Shown here piece by piece: positions 19,201-29,658 of a stretch of 64,000 bases of DNA; position 1 is the first letter of the stretch, and the number at the start of each line of letters is the position of its first letter. The notes beneath the pieces are model-generated. The model searched no databases and was not told where the DNA came from. It was given only the letters and a program-made list of their open reading frames with translations. A program made the translations under genes and the position numbers. Source of the DNA: Verrucomicrobiota bacterium (GTDB taxonomy: Bacteria > Verrucomicrobiota > Verrucomicrobiia > Limisphaerales > AAA164-E04); the NCBI GenBank assembly GCA_047947115.1, contig CP170459.1:736001-800000 (forward strand). The letters are read 5' to 3'.

Positions 19201-20511
19201 ATGAAAATACCGATCCATTTCTTCAAGCCCGCCATGCTGTGCGTAACAGTAGCCGTCAGTCTCTCAGCCCTGAACGCAGACGAGTGGCCTGAGTGGCGTG
19301 GCCCTAACTCCAACCAGACCACCAGTGAAACAGAGTTTCCATTGCAATGGTCGGAAGAAAAGAATGTCCGCTGGAAAGTGGCCCTCCCGGATCGGGGAAA
19401 CAGCTCCCCCATCGTGGTGAATGGCAAAGTCATCATCACCCAGGCAGTGGAAAAGGAAAACCGACGCACCACTATGGCCTTCGATCGCCAAAGCGGCAAA
19501 TTGCTCTGGCAACAAGGAGTCGTTTACGATAAAGAGGAAACCACCCACGGGCAGAACCCCTACTGCGCTGCATCCCCCGCCACCGACGGAGAACGCATCA
19601 TTGTGACCTATGGTTCCGCCGGAGTTTACGCTTATGACTTAAGCGGCAACACATTATGGAACAGGGATTTGGGACCTCAAGTGCATGTTTGGGGGAACGC
19701 TTCGTCTCCGGTTATTGTGGACGACATCTGTTTTCTCTACCACGGTCCCGGCCCCAACGCGACCTTGTATGCCTTGAACAAGGAGACAGGGAAAAGCATC
19801 TGGACCTATGAAGAACCAGAAGCCAATCAGGCAGGCCGCACCGATGGTTTCCAGGGAAGAGAAAACGGCATCGTAGGATCCTTCAGCACCCCCCTCCCCA
19901 TCACTCATAATGGCCGCAAGGAATTGATCATGAGTTTTCCCAACGACCTGATCTCATTTGATCCCCAAACCGGCAAGAAGCTCTGGTGGTCCGGAGGCAT
20001 GAACCCGTTGGTTTACACATCCGCCATCTCAGGTGAAGGAGTTGCATTTGGTTCGGGAGGCTATTCCGGGTCATCCGTCGCGGTTCGTCTCGGCAGTAAC
20101 GGTAACGTCAGTGACAGCCACCGCATCTGGCAAAATGTTCGCAGCGGAAACAGCATTGGTTCCGGAGTTATTCACAATGGTCATATTTACCAAATTCAGA
20201 ACAGTGGAACTGCCAAATGCGTGGAACTGGCCACTGGAAAAACGGTCTGGGAAGAGAAGATTCAGGGTAAAGGACGACGCCCGGCCTCCTGGTCGAGCAT
20301 GATTCGTGTCGGCGACCACCTTTACTACCTCAATCAATCATCCGAAATGGTGGTGCTGGCAGCAAGCCCTCAATTCAACCTGATCACCACCAACCCTCTG
20401 GACAACGCCATGTGCAACTCCACCCAGGCCATGTCCAACGGCGACATCTTCATTCGAACCTGGGAACACCTCTGGTGCATCGGCAAGCAAAAGGAAGTGG
20501 CGCTGAAATAG
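19201..20511 (+). CDS. PQQ-like beta-propeller repeat protein, secreted
   Basis: Signal peptide then DEWPEWRGP, SSPIV repeats, W-docking motifs; start moved to ATG 19201. Confidence 0.88.
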   Translation: MKIPIHFFKPAMLCVTVAVSLSALNADEWPEWRGPNSNQTTSETEFPLQWSEEKNVRWKVALPDRGNSSPIVVNGKVIITQAVEKENRRTTMAFDRQSGKLLWQQGVVYDKEETTHGQNPYCAASPATDGERIIVTYGSAGVYAYDLSGNTLWNRDLGPQVHVWGNASSPVIVDDICFLYHGPGPNATLYALNKETGKSIWTYEEPEANQAGRTDGFQGRENGIVGSFSTPLPITHNGRKELIMSFPNDLISFDPQTGKKLWWSGGMNPLVYTSAISGEGVAFGSGGYSGSSVAVRLGSNGNVSDSHRIWQNVRSGNSIGSGVIHNGHIYQIQNSGTAKCVELATGKTVWEEKIQGKGRRPASWSSMIRVGDHLYYLNQSSEMVVLAASPQFNLITTNPLDNAMCNSTQAMSNGDIFIRTWEHLWCIGKQKEVALK

Positions 20512-20702
20512 AAAGGTAGAGAGTGTGGTCTCGACGCACAATCCTCAGGGTTTCCAATGACCGGCAGTTTCCGTTTGGGAAGCCTTTTGGTCTTCAATAG
20601 CTAATAACGTTTCCCGCTGCCATAACGGGGCGGATCGGGACGATCCGGTCTACCTTTGAACAGCATACAAATAAATTTGAGCTATTGAGTAAGCCCATGC
20701 CA

Positions 20703-20740
20703 CAAACCACAAATGTGCTTATTGTATAATTGTGGGTTTG
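20703..20740 (+). promoter_or_regulatory. Putative TA promoter/operator
   Basis: Imperfect inverted repeat CAAACCACAA...TTGTGGGTTTG flanking TATAAT (20725-20730), just upstream of the antitoxin. Confidence 0.5.
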
Positions 20741-20756
20741 CTGCTAAAAATTCATT

Positions 20757-21026
20757 ATGAGCCGAATCTCAATCGATGTGTCCCTAGAAGATCACCAGAA
20801 GCTCAAAGCTCTGGCGGCACTTCAAGGAAAGTCCATCAAGAACTACGTCTTGGAACGAGCCCTCGGTTCCCCCGCGCATGGCGAGATCCAGGCATTGGCC
20901 GAACTCGAATCCTTTCTGGATGATCGTATCCAACTAGCGGAGCAAAAGGGCCACAACAACCAATCGGTCGAAGATGTCTTTCAATCCGCCTGTGCTGAGA
21001 AAGGCATCAACCCTTCTAATGCCTGA
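20757..21026 (+). CDS. Ribbon-helix-helix antitoxin
   Basis: MSRISIDVSLEDHQKLKALAALQGKSIKNYVLER; overlaps the ParE remnant. Confidence 0.8.
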   Translation: MSRISIDVSLEDHQKLKALAALQGKSIKNYVLERALGSPAHGEIQALAELESFLDDRIQLAEQKGHNNQSVEDVFQSACAEKGINPSNA

Positions 21027-21252
21027 TCTTTACCAACTCGCTCCGGATGTCACACAGGATCTGGAATCCATCGCCCAAGGTAAAGCACGTCTGAAAACTT
21101 TTCTCGAGACCAGGCCTGAACTCCAGGTGTCCAGATGCGAACACCACTAAATCTTCCACCTCATGCGTGAGAACCAATCGCCTCTCATCATCGCTATACT
21201 ACATGAACGAATGAACATGATAGATAGAATCAGAAAAAGACTTGAGCCCTGA
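21019..21252 (+). pseudogene. ParE-family toxin remnant (internal deletion plus nonsense codon)
   Basis: MPDLYQLAPDVTQDLESIA-QGKARLK...SRCEHH*IFHL...IIAILHERMNM; TAA at 21148; the helix normally following DLxxIA is missing. Confidence 0.75.
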
Positions 21253-21261
21253 AAATTCATT

Positions 21262-22725
21262 ATGAATACAAACATAACAAAGTGGCTTTGCCTGCTAGCT
21301 CTCATTGGGGGTAATCTTTCCGCAACTGCCGCTCCCCGCAACATCGTGCTCATCCTCAGCGATGATCACCGCTATGACTTCATGAGCTTCATGGACGAAG
21401 CGCCTGGATTTCTGGAAACGCCCCACCTGGACCGCATGGCCGCACGCGGAGCACATTTTCGAAATGCATTCGTCACCACATCCCTGTGCAGCCCAAGCCG
21501 GGCGACCATTCTGACAGGGCAATACATGCACCACCACCGGGTTGTGGACAATCAACGTCCAGTGGCAGAGGGCACCCGATTCTTTCCCGAGTACCTTCAG
21601 GAAGCAGGCTATCAAACCGGGTTCGTCGGCAAATGGCACATGGGCCATGAGAACGATGAACCCCGCAAAGGTTTTCACCACTGGGTGAGTTTCAAAGGTC
21701 AAGGCACTTACTTCGACCCTGAGCTGAACATCAACGGTCAACACAAACAGTTCACCGGATACACCACCGATATCCTGGCGGATCGAGCTCTGGACTGGTT
21801 GAAGGAGCAATCAGGTGAAAAGCCCTTCATGCTCTATCTATCTTTCAAAGCGGTGCATTATCCTTTCCAACCGGCTCCTCGTCACGATGAGCGTTATGAA
21901 GACAAAGACATCGATTATCCAATGACCATGGCCAACACCGAAAGCAACTACCGGACCCAGTCCAACTGGATCAAGGAACGTCGCTACGGCATCCACGGCA
22001 TTGACCATATGGAAACCGGTCCTCTCGACAAGGATCCGGTGCCATCATTCGACGACCTGTACCACAACTACTGCGAGACGGTTCACGGTCTGGATGAAAA
22101 CATTGGACGCGTGCTGGATTATCTCGACGAAAGCAAGCTCATGGAAAACACCATGGTGGTCTATCTGGGAGACAATGGTTTTGCGTTGGGCGAGCACGGA
22201 TTTTACGACAAACGGGATGCTTTTGAAGAATCCATTCGCATCCCCATGCTGGCCATGGCCCCCGGATGGATCGAACCGGGAACAGTGATTGATAACATGG
22301 CCTTGAACATGGATCTGGCCCCGACATTGCTGGAAGTGGCCGGTGTGAGCGTAAAACCTTCCATGCGATTCGACGGAAAAAGCATGCTTCCCCTTATCCT
22401 GGGCAGAAACGTTCCCTGGCGGGACCATATCCTTTACGAATACCACTGGGAATGGAACTTCCCGGCCACTCCCACCACGCTGGCCATCCGTGGTGATCGA
22501 TACAAATACATTTACTACCACGGCCTGTGGGATCGCAACGGATTCTACGACCTGGAAACTGATCCACACGAAAAGACGAACCTGATCGACATCCCGGCCT
22601 TTGCCGGCCAGATCGAATCAATGCGGACCCAGCTGTTCGAAGAATTGGATGCATCTGGCGGCCTGGTGTTGCCGATCCGCCCTCCCAAAGGGGTCCAGTT
22701 CTACGATCGCAAGCTGCAGCGATAA
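21262..22725 (+). CDS. Sulfatase (N-acetylglucosamine-6-sulfatase-like), secreted
   Basis: Signal peptide, NIVLILSDDHRYD, CSPSRATILTG, GKWHMG. Confidence 0.93.
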   Translation: MNTNITKWLCLLALIGGNLSATAAPRNIVLILSDDHRYDFMSFMDEAPGFLETPHLDRMAARGAHFRNAFVTTSLCSPSRATILTGQYMHHHRVVDNQRPVAEGTRFFPEYLQEAGYQTGFVGKWHMGHENDEPRKGFHHWVSFKGQGTYFDPELNINGQHKQFTGYTTDILADRALDWLKEQSGEKPFMLYLSFKAVHYPFQPAPRHDERYEDKDIDYPMTMANTESNYRTQSNWIKERRYGIHGIDHMETGPLDKDPVPSFDDLYHNYCETVHGLDENIGRVLDYLDESKLMENTMVVYLGDNGFALGEHGFYDKRDAFEESIRIPMLAMAPGWIEPGTVIDNMALNMDLAPTLLEVAGVSVKPSMRFDGKSMLPLILGRNVPWRDHILYEYHWEWNFPATPTTLAIRGDRYKYIYYHGLWDRNGFYDLETDPHEKTNLIDIPAFAGQIESMRTQLFEELDASGGLVLPIRPPKGVQFYDRKLQR

Positions 22726-22727
22726 AA

Positions 22728-22755
22728 AAAAGTCCCGATGAAAATCGGGACTTTT
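22728..22755. terminator. Bidirectional intrinsic terminator
   Basis: AAAAGTCCCGAT-GAAA-ATCGGGACTTTT between convergent genes. Confidence 0.85.
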
Positions 22756-22784
22756 GAATAGGTGCAGATATGTAAAAACCGAAC

Positions 22785-23417
22785 TTACTTCTTCTGGGTC
22801 TGCCAGACGAAGGTCAAGTCCACTTCATCACCGGTCTTGATCAAGCCAAGAGCGATTTTGGGTGCAGGAGCATCGATACCGAAATCGCTCATCTTCACCT
22901 TCACCTTACCCTCGATCTGAAGGCCTTTTTCAGTCGGAGAAATGGTGACTGGCATTTTGATTTCCTTCTTCACACCGGAAACGGTGAGATCGCCTGTGGC
23001 ATCGTATCCCAGGGGATCACCGCTCTTGCGTTCGGCTTTGGAAGGCGTCAGTGATTTGAGGGAGTAGTTGATCCATGGATGATCATCCGCTTTCATGGCG
23101 GTCAACATGACCTGATCCATGACAGATTTGCCACTTTTAAGGGAGCGGCACGAGATTTTGACATCCACTTTTGGTTTGCCAGTGATGTCTGGAACCGAGT
23201 CAACATTCAGGTCGGAAGGAAAATCTCCTTCCAGTTCCATTTCACCGGAGATCAATTTGCTTTCCACGGTCCAATCGTGAACGGTCGAGGTGCCGTCGAT
23301 CTTCATCGAGCTACCCCGGAACATTCCCTTGTAAGCCACCGTTTCTGCGGACACACCAACGGTCAACAGCAAGGCCGCCAAACCGCACTTCCAGATCATT
23401 CCATTCAATTTATTCAT
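22785..23417 (-). CDS. YceI-family protein
   Basis: Signal peptide, GTSTVHDW, GDLTVSGVKK, MSDFGIDAP. Confidence 0.88.
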   Translation of the reverse strand: MNKLNGMIWKCGLAALLLTVGVSAETVAYKGMFRGSSMKIDGTSTVHDWTVESKLISGEMELEGDFPSDLNVDSVPDITGKPKVDVKISCRSLKSGKSVMDQVMLTAMKADDHPWINYSLKSLTPSKAERKSGDPLGYDATGDLTVSGVKKEIKMPVTISPTEKGLQIEGKVKVKMSDFGIDAPAPKIALGLIKTGDEVDLTFVWQTQKK

Positions 23418-23447
23418 GATTTCAACTTATTTAATTTGAATTAAAAC

Positions 23448-24830
23448 TTAGCCGAGATCGAAAAGGTTGTCTTCGATTTCGATTCGTTTGTTGCCGAGGG
23501 CGGCTTCGTGAGCTTTGATGGCAATCACGTTTGCTTCAAAACCTTCCTGATAACCGGCGGCTGGTTTCTTGGACTCCTTCAACTCGGCCAGATATTCAGT
23601 CAAAACCTCGTCGTCCGCTTCTCCGAAGCTTTCAATGAAGTCTTCGACACCGGATTGATGCACGTAGGTGTTGTGAATGAACGCTTCCAAAGCGTAGTAC
23701 AGCGGAGTATCGTTGAACTCATTGTCCTTGGCGGCGTCATCGCCGGAACCCGTCACGGTGGTCAATTTGGTAGCGTTGGCGACCAGATAGATGCCAACTT
23801 CCTTAAAGAAGGTATCCTTCTTGGCATACACTTCCCAACCCAGCATCGGCGCATCGGCTTCTTTGAACATCCAGGCTTGCGAACCACGCACCATCAGGGC
23901 GGCGTCCGAACCATAGTACATTTCGTAGTCGCTGTCGAAAGAGTTGCAAAGTGTGATGTCCATCGCAGAATTCACGCCGCCCTCAAACTCCATGTTGATC
24001 TGAACCGTGTCCGGCACATCGCGGCCGTCATCCCACAACACGGTGGAGCTAAATCCGGTGATGGCCTTCGGACGACTTCCGAGGAACCAAGTGTTGGCAT
24101 CCAGCTGATGGATACCGATTTCACCGATCACACCGGATGAGCTTTCCCCCCGCAGGCGCCAGTTGATTTCGCGTTCGCGCTCATTGGTGGGAGCGGCGCG
24201 TTTCCAGTTGGTTTTTTTGTGCCACTGGGAACGTGAAAAGATGGTTCGTCCCCAGGAACCCGTACGGACAAAGTCCACCAGAAAATCACGTTGGGGATCG
24301 CTGCGGAATTGAAGTCCTGCCTGGAAGTTCAATCGCGGATATTTCCTCGCTACCAGGGCAATTTCGCGGGCTTCCTCAATAGAACTGGCCAGGGGCGCTT
24401 CGCAATAGACGTGCTTGCCGGCCTTGAGTGCATCAATGACGATATCCTTGTGCTGGTGACTGGGCGTCGCAATGATAACGGCTTCCACGTTTTCATCCGC
24501 CAGCAATTCCTTGTAGTTTTCGTATCGTTTGGCCTCGGTCGCAGTGCGGCCGGCACGTCTTAAAAAGGCTCCGTAATGATCGCATATGGCGACAACCGGA
24601 GCATTCGGCAGCACAGCCAAGGTGCTCAGGATGTCTCGACCATGGTAACCGCAGCCGATCACGCCGAACTTCACTGGCGGTCCGATCGGAGGTTTCGTCT
24701 CCTGCGCGTTGGCTTCAGAGGGTTTGAATGCGGTGGCGCCGCCCGCCATCATGGCCATCATACCGGCCAGAGATCCTCCTTTGAGGAAGTCGCGGCGTTT
24801 CAAATCAATTTTTTCAGTCTGATCCGTCAT
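23448..24830 (-). CDS. Tat-exported Gfo/Idh/MocA oxidoreductase
   Basis: KRRDFLKG Tat motif, GVIGCG, GKHVYCEAP. Confidence 0.88.
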   Translation of the reverse strand: MTDQTEKIDLKRRDFLKGGSLAGMMAMMAGGATAFKPSEANAQETKPPIGPPVKFGVIGCGYHGRDILSTLAVLPNAPVVAICDHYGAFLRRAGRTATEAKRYENYKELLADENVEAVIIATPSHQHKDIVIDALKAGKHVYCEAPLASSIEEAREIALVARKYPRLNFQAGLQFRSDPQRDFLVDFVRTGSWGRTIFSRSQWHKKTNWKRAAPTNEREREINWRLRGESSSGVIGEIGIHQLDANTWFLGSRPKAITGFSSTVLWDDGRDVPDTVQINMEFEGGVNSAMDITLCNSFDSDYEMYYGSDAALMVRGSQAWMFKEADAPMLGWEVYAKKDTFFKEVGIYLVANATKLTTVTGSGDDAAKDNEFNDTPLYYALEAFIHNTYVHQSGVEDFIESFGEADDEVLTEYLAELKESKKPAAGYQEGFEANVIAIKAHEAALGNKRIEIEDNLFDLG

Positions 24831-24942
24831 AAAAACTTTTCTAAGGCTTGGAGGCTGAGATTAAAAACCCCGGAAGAACCTGTTCTCAGTTCCGTCCGGG
24901 GCGAAATCAGTTCCACGCTCCATAATGGAGCAAGAAAAACGA

Positions 24943-26283
24943 TTAATCCAGCACTTTGATGCGAATGTTGCGCAATGCGATGGCTCCGTGATCCCCCTGA
25001 ATGAACAGGGAACCCGGCTGATCCACATTGGCATCCAATTCACTGCCGGTCGCTTTGTTCACCTCGACGTTGTCGTGCACTTTGACTCCGTTCAAGGTGA
25101 CGGTTATTCGATTTCCTTTGATCGTGGCTTCCACTTCCTGCCATTCACCGGCACGACGTGAGGCCATCAGGGAAACTGGTTTGACACTGTAAATAGCGCC
25201 ATTGCCACCCATTTCAGGCTTTTTGCCGTAATCGTCAAAGATCTGGATCTCGTGACGTCCGCGCAGGTAAAAACCACTGTTGCTCCCCGGAGGAATCAGG
25301 TATTCGTAGCGCACGGTAAAGTTCCAGTATTTGTCGTTGGTCACGATGTCGGTGCCGTGCTCACCTTCAGCTACATTATTGACCATCATACCGTTCTGAA
25401 CACTCCAGCTTTTGGTTCCATTGGCGTGACGAAGCTTCCAACCATCCAGATTGACCCCGTTGAAAAGTGGTTTGAATCCTTCAGCTCGTTCTTCAGGACT
25501 GACTTCATAACGGTTGTTGATGGGGCTGCCATCACCTTCTGCCAAGCCGAGGGCCCAGCGAATACCGCCCAGAATGTGTTTCTGATAATGATCACTGGTC
25601 CAGATATCTTCGCGATGTCCCAAAGAAGTGTAAAACACTTTTCCTTTGCCATATTCACTGCACCAGGCAATCGGATAGTCACCGGGTTCCCAGGTATTGG
25701 GGCGTTGATCCTGGCTCAAGAGTCCGTGTACACGATCACGATGGAAGTTTTTGAGGATGTAGATTTCATCAAAGACTGTGAACTGCTCACCATAATGCTG
25801 GCAGGAAGGATGATGGCGATCTTCCACACGGGCATTCACTTCCACCTGCCGGCCATGGGTCAGGAACTCGCCGCCGATCATGCCCACAAATTTGGGAAAT
25901 CCGTGAAAGGTATCTGATGCCGAGTGCATTCCCAGAAACGCCTTGCCGCTTTGAATCCATTCCATGAAGTATTCCCGGTTGGGAATGGGCAGATCACCGG
26001 TGGTGTTGGCAAAAATCACGCCATCCCACTGCTTCAATGCTTCGGGATTCATCTTTTCGGCGATCTCTTCATCCGTCCGGGCATAGGCTACGTCAAATTC
26101 GTCGGAGCTCTCAGCCAGGGAGCCAAGAACGGCTTCAGCGGTCGGGATGGACGAGTGGCGAAATCCCTTGGTCACGGTGACGACCAACAGATTCTTGGAT
26201 GCTGCCTGCAGAGAGGCGCCGGTCAAACAAACCGCAGCCAAAAGCAAAGTCACTGCGGATCGGGTCATTGATGATTTCTTCAT
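24943..26283 (-). CDS. ThuA-like plus DUF1080 (3-keto-disaccharide hydrolase-like) protein
   Basis: TKGFRHSSI, GKGKVFYTSLGH; then LFNGVNLDGW, NSGFYLRG, QGDHG. Confidence 0.88.
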   Translation of the reverse strand: MKKSSMTRSAVTLLLAAVCLTGASLQAASKNLLVVTVTKGFRHSSIPTAEAVLGSLAESSDEFDVAYARTDEEIAEKMNPEALKQWDGVIFANTTGDLPIPNREYFMEWIQSGKAFLGMHSASDTFHGFPKFVGMIGGEFLTHGRQVEVNARVEDRHHPSCQHYGEQFTVFDEIYILKNFHRDRVHGLLSQDQRPNTWEPGDYPIAWCSEYGKGKVFYTSLGHREDIWTSDHYQKHILGGIRWALGLAEGDGSPINNRYEVSPEERAEGFKPLFNGVNLDGWKLRHANGTKSWSVQNGMMVNNVAEGEHGTDIVTNDKYWNFTVRYEYLIPPGSNSGFYLRGRHEIQIFDDYGKKPEMGGNGAIYSVKPVSLMASRRAGEWQEVEATIKGNRITVTLNGVKVHDNVEVNKATGSELDANVDQPGSLFIQGDHGAIALRNIRIKVLD

Positions 26284-26403
26284 ACGTTTTATTTAGTCTG
26301 TTTGCCTCGGATCGGTCTCGAACATGAACGACACGACCGAAGCCGCGTGTGATACGTCGAATGATTTAAGGATAAATCTGGTTTAATCGCTCCACCGACA
26401 GGG

Positions 26404-29400
26404 TCAAGGAATCTTTCCATCAGGTGGGGTGATTTCTTCATTTTGAGCAGATTCTTCCTGCTTTTTAGGATCATCTGCCTCGGATCCCTCCTTGTTCTGC
26501 CAAAGTCGCTGCACCGGGATCAACCCGTTTTCGGAAAGCAACCAGTCATTCATGTTGTTCAGGGACTGAAAAGGGACCAAAAGGTATTTGGGCACAAAAT
26601 AAAGCGGCTTGATCTCCGGCTCCCCGATGGTCCCCGTCACCCGATACTCAAACAGTTTCGAAACAGGCCAGAGCGCCAGACTGAACACCTTGCCCAACAT
26701 GGACGCATCCCGCAGCAGTTCTGCCTCCACTCGCGAGTCCAGCACTCCGTCAAAATCCACCGAACCACGATACTGCAGCCGGGCCGTACGTTCTCGGATT
26801 TCCATGTTGTCCGTTTCGATCAAACTGTTGGTGATTGTAAAATTGGCATCCCCGCGTGTCGCGCGACTGTTCCCCAATCCCGGGGAAACGGCATTCATCA
26901 GTTTCGAAAAGACCCCGAATAAAGGTGTATCCCACAAGCGGCCATTCCGCAGATGAACATTTCCATATCCATTCCAACTCTCCCAATCACCGGTCTCCGC
27001 CGACGTGATGCGAAGTTTTCCAGATAGATTTCCTTCCGAATCTTTTGTTTCAGCCACCATGTCCTTCATGAACGGCCCCAGCTGAACATCCTCCAGGTCA
27101 ACATCCATTTCGAATCCGGCACCGTCTCCGTCATGAAGGTTCAAGCGCATTTCTCCATCCAATGTTCCTTGATAAAAGGGAGCGTGCACGTCTTGAAGCG
27201 TCAGTTTGTCGTGATCCCACACAATGCGGCTTCGGATGGTCGGCACATTGAATCGCCAGAAAGAAAACGGTCCGCCATCCACGTCAAACTGAGCGGTCAC
27301 GGAATCAATATCATCAAAAGGAATTTTTCCATTCATGGTCACCTTCGGTGCTCCCGAAAACCGGTAAGGTTCCAAAGTGCGAGCCGTGGCGGGGCCAATG
27401 GCATGAGCAATAGCCATGGGATGCACATGGCTGACTGCATTGGTGATCTCAATAAACCCCTGCCCAGCATGGATGCCCAGCGCGTCCGCGGTCACTTTTC
27501 CTTCCTCCCGTTGGACAATTGGATTGAAAATCTTGAAAAACTGATTGGTTAAACTCCCCTGCGCTTCCACGGAAAGACAGGCCTGGTCGCGATAACTCAT
27601 GCGCCCGGTCTTCAAGATGGCTTCTCCGCCTGTCAGTTCCAAATGGTGCCAACGTCCCCAAATCTTGCCTTTTACCTCGATGGGATCCGGAAATTCCATT
27701 TGCGAAAGCACCTTCTGCCCGGCAGCATTGAGCATGGGGTTCAATGCCTTGGGCTGAGCAACACTATCCACATCCCACACGTAATCCTGTGTGCGTGCAT
27801 CACACTCATATCCCAATCGGGTCACACCCTCTGGGCGATGAATGGTCAGGTTGGGCAGCCGCCAGATCATGTCCGAGAAAAAGATGTCCGAAGAAGCTCC
27901 ATCCACCGGAACACCTCGGAACGCCCCGGCGTCCACGTCAAAATGTCCGTCGATGTTGAGTGTGGGTTTGACTTCACCGCGCCAATCGGGTTTGGGATCC
28001 GTCCATGCGGGTAGTTGCGCACTGCCTTTGGCGGTCAAGCTGGGTGGATCCACCCAGTTGTATTGATCGATCCATTTCTTGCCGTTCTCGGACAGCATGT
28101 GACGTATCTCACGAGCGTCGAAATCGGAAACAACTTCCAGGTCCACCAGCCGAGACGGCACATCCAACGAACCCTTTGCATCCACATGCCCGCGATAGAG
28201 TTCACCTTCGATCCGCCGAATATTCAGAACGGGAGCATCCCACTGCACCTGGGTTTCGAATCGTGATGCCTCCAACAAGGGACCTTCGATGCCTTCCACT
28301 TTCGCCTCCAATCCGATGACAAAGGGTTTCAATGCAGCCCACCAGGCCCAATCATCCACATTGTCTGCTTCTCCTGTGTCAGGATTGGGCGAGATCCGGG
28401 ATTGAACGGTCAATCGCGCCACTGAAGCCCAAGGGCTTTCCACACCCTGCAAATCAACAAACACATCTCCGGACCACTGCCGCGAGTCACCTGGTCGCCA
28501 GTCCAGTTGAATTCGCCATTCAGAACGGTTCAAAGTGATGGCGGGTGCTTGCTGCCACGCTACTTCATCGGAAATCAAAGAAGCCTGCGCATTCCAAAGC
28601 GTTTGGTCGGATTCGGGAGCGGAGATCCTGCCGGTGACCAGAAGAGGATCCATTATCAACTTACCGGCTTGACCGAACTCGATGTTGCCCGCGAAGCGGG
28701 CATTTTTGAGTTTCCCGCTTCGGGTCACCAATTGGGCAGTTCCTGCCAGATCACCATTGATCTCCCAGTCACTCGGGGTGATGGCACGCTCCCAACTGAG
28801 TTTCCATTCAAGATCCCAGAAATCACCAGCCGCGTCCCGGGGTGGAATCTCGGCATCCAGCAAAGCGCCCTGTAACTTCGCCCATTTCGTCTCGATCAGA
28901 TCCGAATGAACGCTAACATGCGCGGCGGATTTTTCAGGGTTTTTGGCGTCGAGATCGACATGCACTTTGATTTCCGGAGGTTCATTGAACTGAATACGCT
29001 GTTTCGTTTCGACGATCTGCTTAAGCAATTGCCCGAATTTTTGAGGGGTATCAGCCGACCGTTTTCCGGTGCTCCATTCAGAAAAAGCAAAGGCATTGGT
29101 GACGCTGCCCGAGAATGTCACTTCCAATCCCAACATCTCTGCCCGGAGATAATCCAGTTCCCACCATTGTCGGGAATGCAACTTCAACCGGGTGGCAATA
29201 CCCACCGCTTCGAAGGATTCCACATCATCCATCTCTGACTCTATCGGTAAACGCAGACGTCCCCCGCGCAGAATGGCCTCTTCTATATTGATATCCTTAA
29301 ACAACCACTGCAATGGCTGTATGCTCACCTGGATGGTATCGGCTGAAAAGGAGGGTTCGTTGGGATCATTGGGTGCCACCAGCGTGGCGTTTTCCACCAG

Positions 29401-29658
29401 CACACCCTTACTCGGAATCCAGCGCATGCTGTCAAAATCAATCTCCAGGCCTTTTTCCCGCAAGTTGTCCAGGATACGCGCTTTGACAAAGTCGGGAAGC
29501 CCTCGGTTCTCGAAATACCAGACAAAGCTTATCAGAACGATGGCAACAAGCATGCAAAACCAAAGTCCCCACCTCAAACCGGAGCGAACCCACCGCCTGC
29601 GTCGCCTCTTCTCAGGGCTCCGTGGCGGCTCTATTTTGCTTCGCTGCTTGTTTTCCAT
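26404..29658 (-). CDS. AsmA-like (YhdP/TamB-type) large membrane-anchored protein
   Basis: N-terminal TM anchor, beta-rich body, C-terminal YRVTGTIGEPEI. Confidence 0.75.
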   Translation of the reverse strand: MENKQRSKIEPPRSPEKRRRRRWVRSGLRWGLWFCMLVAIVLISFVWYFENRGLPDFVKARILDNLREKGLEIDFDSMRWIPSKGVLVENATLVAPNDPNEPSFSADTIQVSIQPLQWLFKDINIEEAILRGGRLRLPIESEMDDVESFEAVGIATRLKLHSRQWWELDYLRAEMLGLEVTFSGSVTNAFAFSEWSTGKRSADTPQKFGQLLKQIVETKQRIQFNEPPEIKVHVDLDAKNPEKSAAHVSVHSDLIETKWAKLQGALLDAEIPPRDAAGDFWDLEWKLSWERAITPSDWEINGDLAGTAQLVTRSGKLKNARFAGNIEFGQAGKLIMDPLLVTGRISAPESDQTLWNAQASLISDEVAWQQAPAITLNRSEWRIQLDWRPGDSRQWSGDVFVDLQGVESPWASVARLTVQSRISPNPDTGEADNVDDWAWWAALKPFVIGLEAKVEGIEGPLLEASRFETQVQWDAPVLNIRRIEGELYRGHVDAKGSLDVPSRLVDLEVVSDFDAREIRHMLSENGKKWIDQYNWVDPPSLTAKGSAQLPAWTDPKPDWRGEVKPTLNIDGHFDVDAGAFRGVPVDGASSDIFFSDMIWRLPNLTIHRPEGVTRLGYECDARTQDYVWDVDSVAQPKALNPMLNAAGQKVLSQMEFPDPIEVKGKIWGRWHHLELTGGEAILKTGRMSYRDQACLSVEAQGSLTNQFFKIFNPIVQREEGKVTADALGIHAGQGFIEITNAVSHVHPMAIAHAIGPATARTLEPYRFSGAPKVTMNGKIPFDDIDSVTAQFDVDGGPFSFWRFNVPTIRSRIVWDHDKLTLQDVHAPFYQGTLDGEMRLNLHDGDGAGFEMDVDLEDVQLGPFMKDMVAETKDSEGNLSGKLRITSAETGDWESWNGYGNVHLRNGRLWDTPLFGVFSKLMNAVSPGLGNSRATRGDANFTITNSLIETDNMEIRERTARLQYRGSVDFDGVLDSRVEAELLRDASMLGKVFSLALWPVSKLFEYRVTGTIGEPEIKPLYFVPKYLLVPFQSLNNMNDWLLSENGLIPVQRLWQNKEGSEADDPKKQEESAQNEEITPPDGKIP

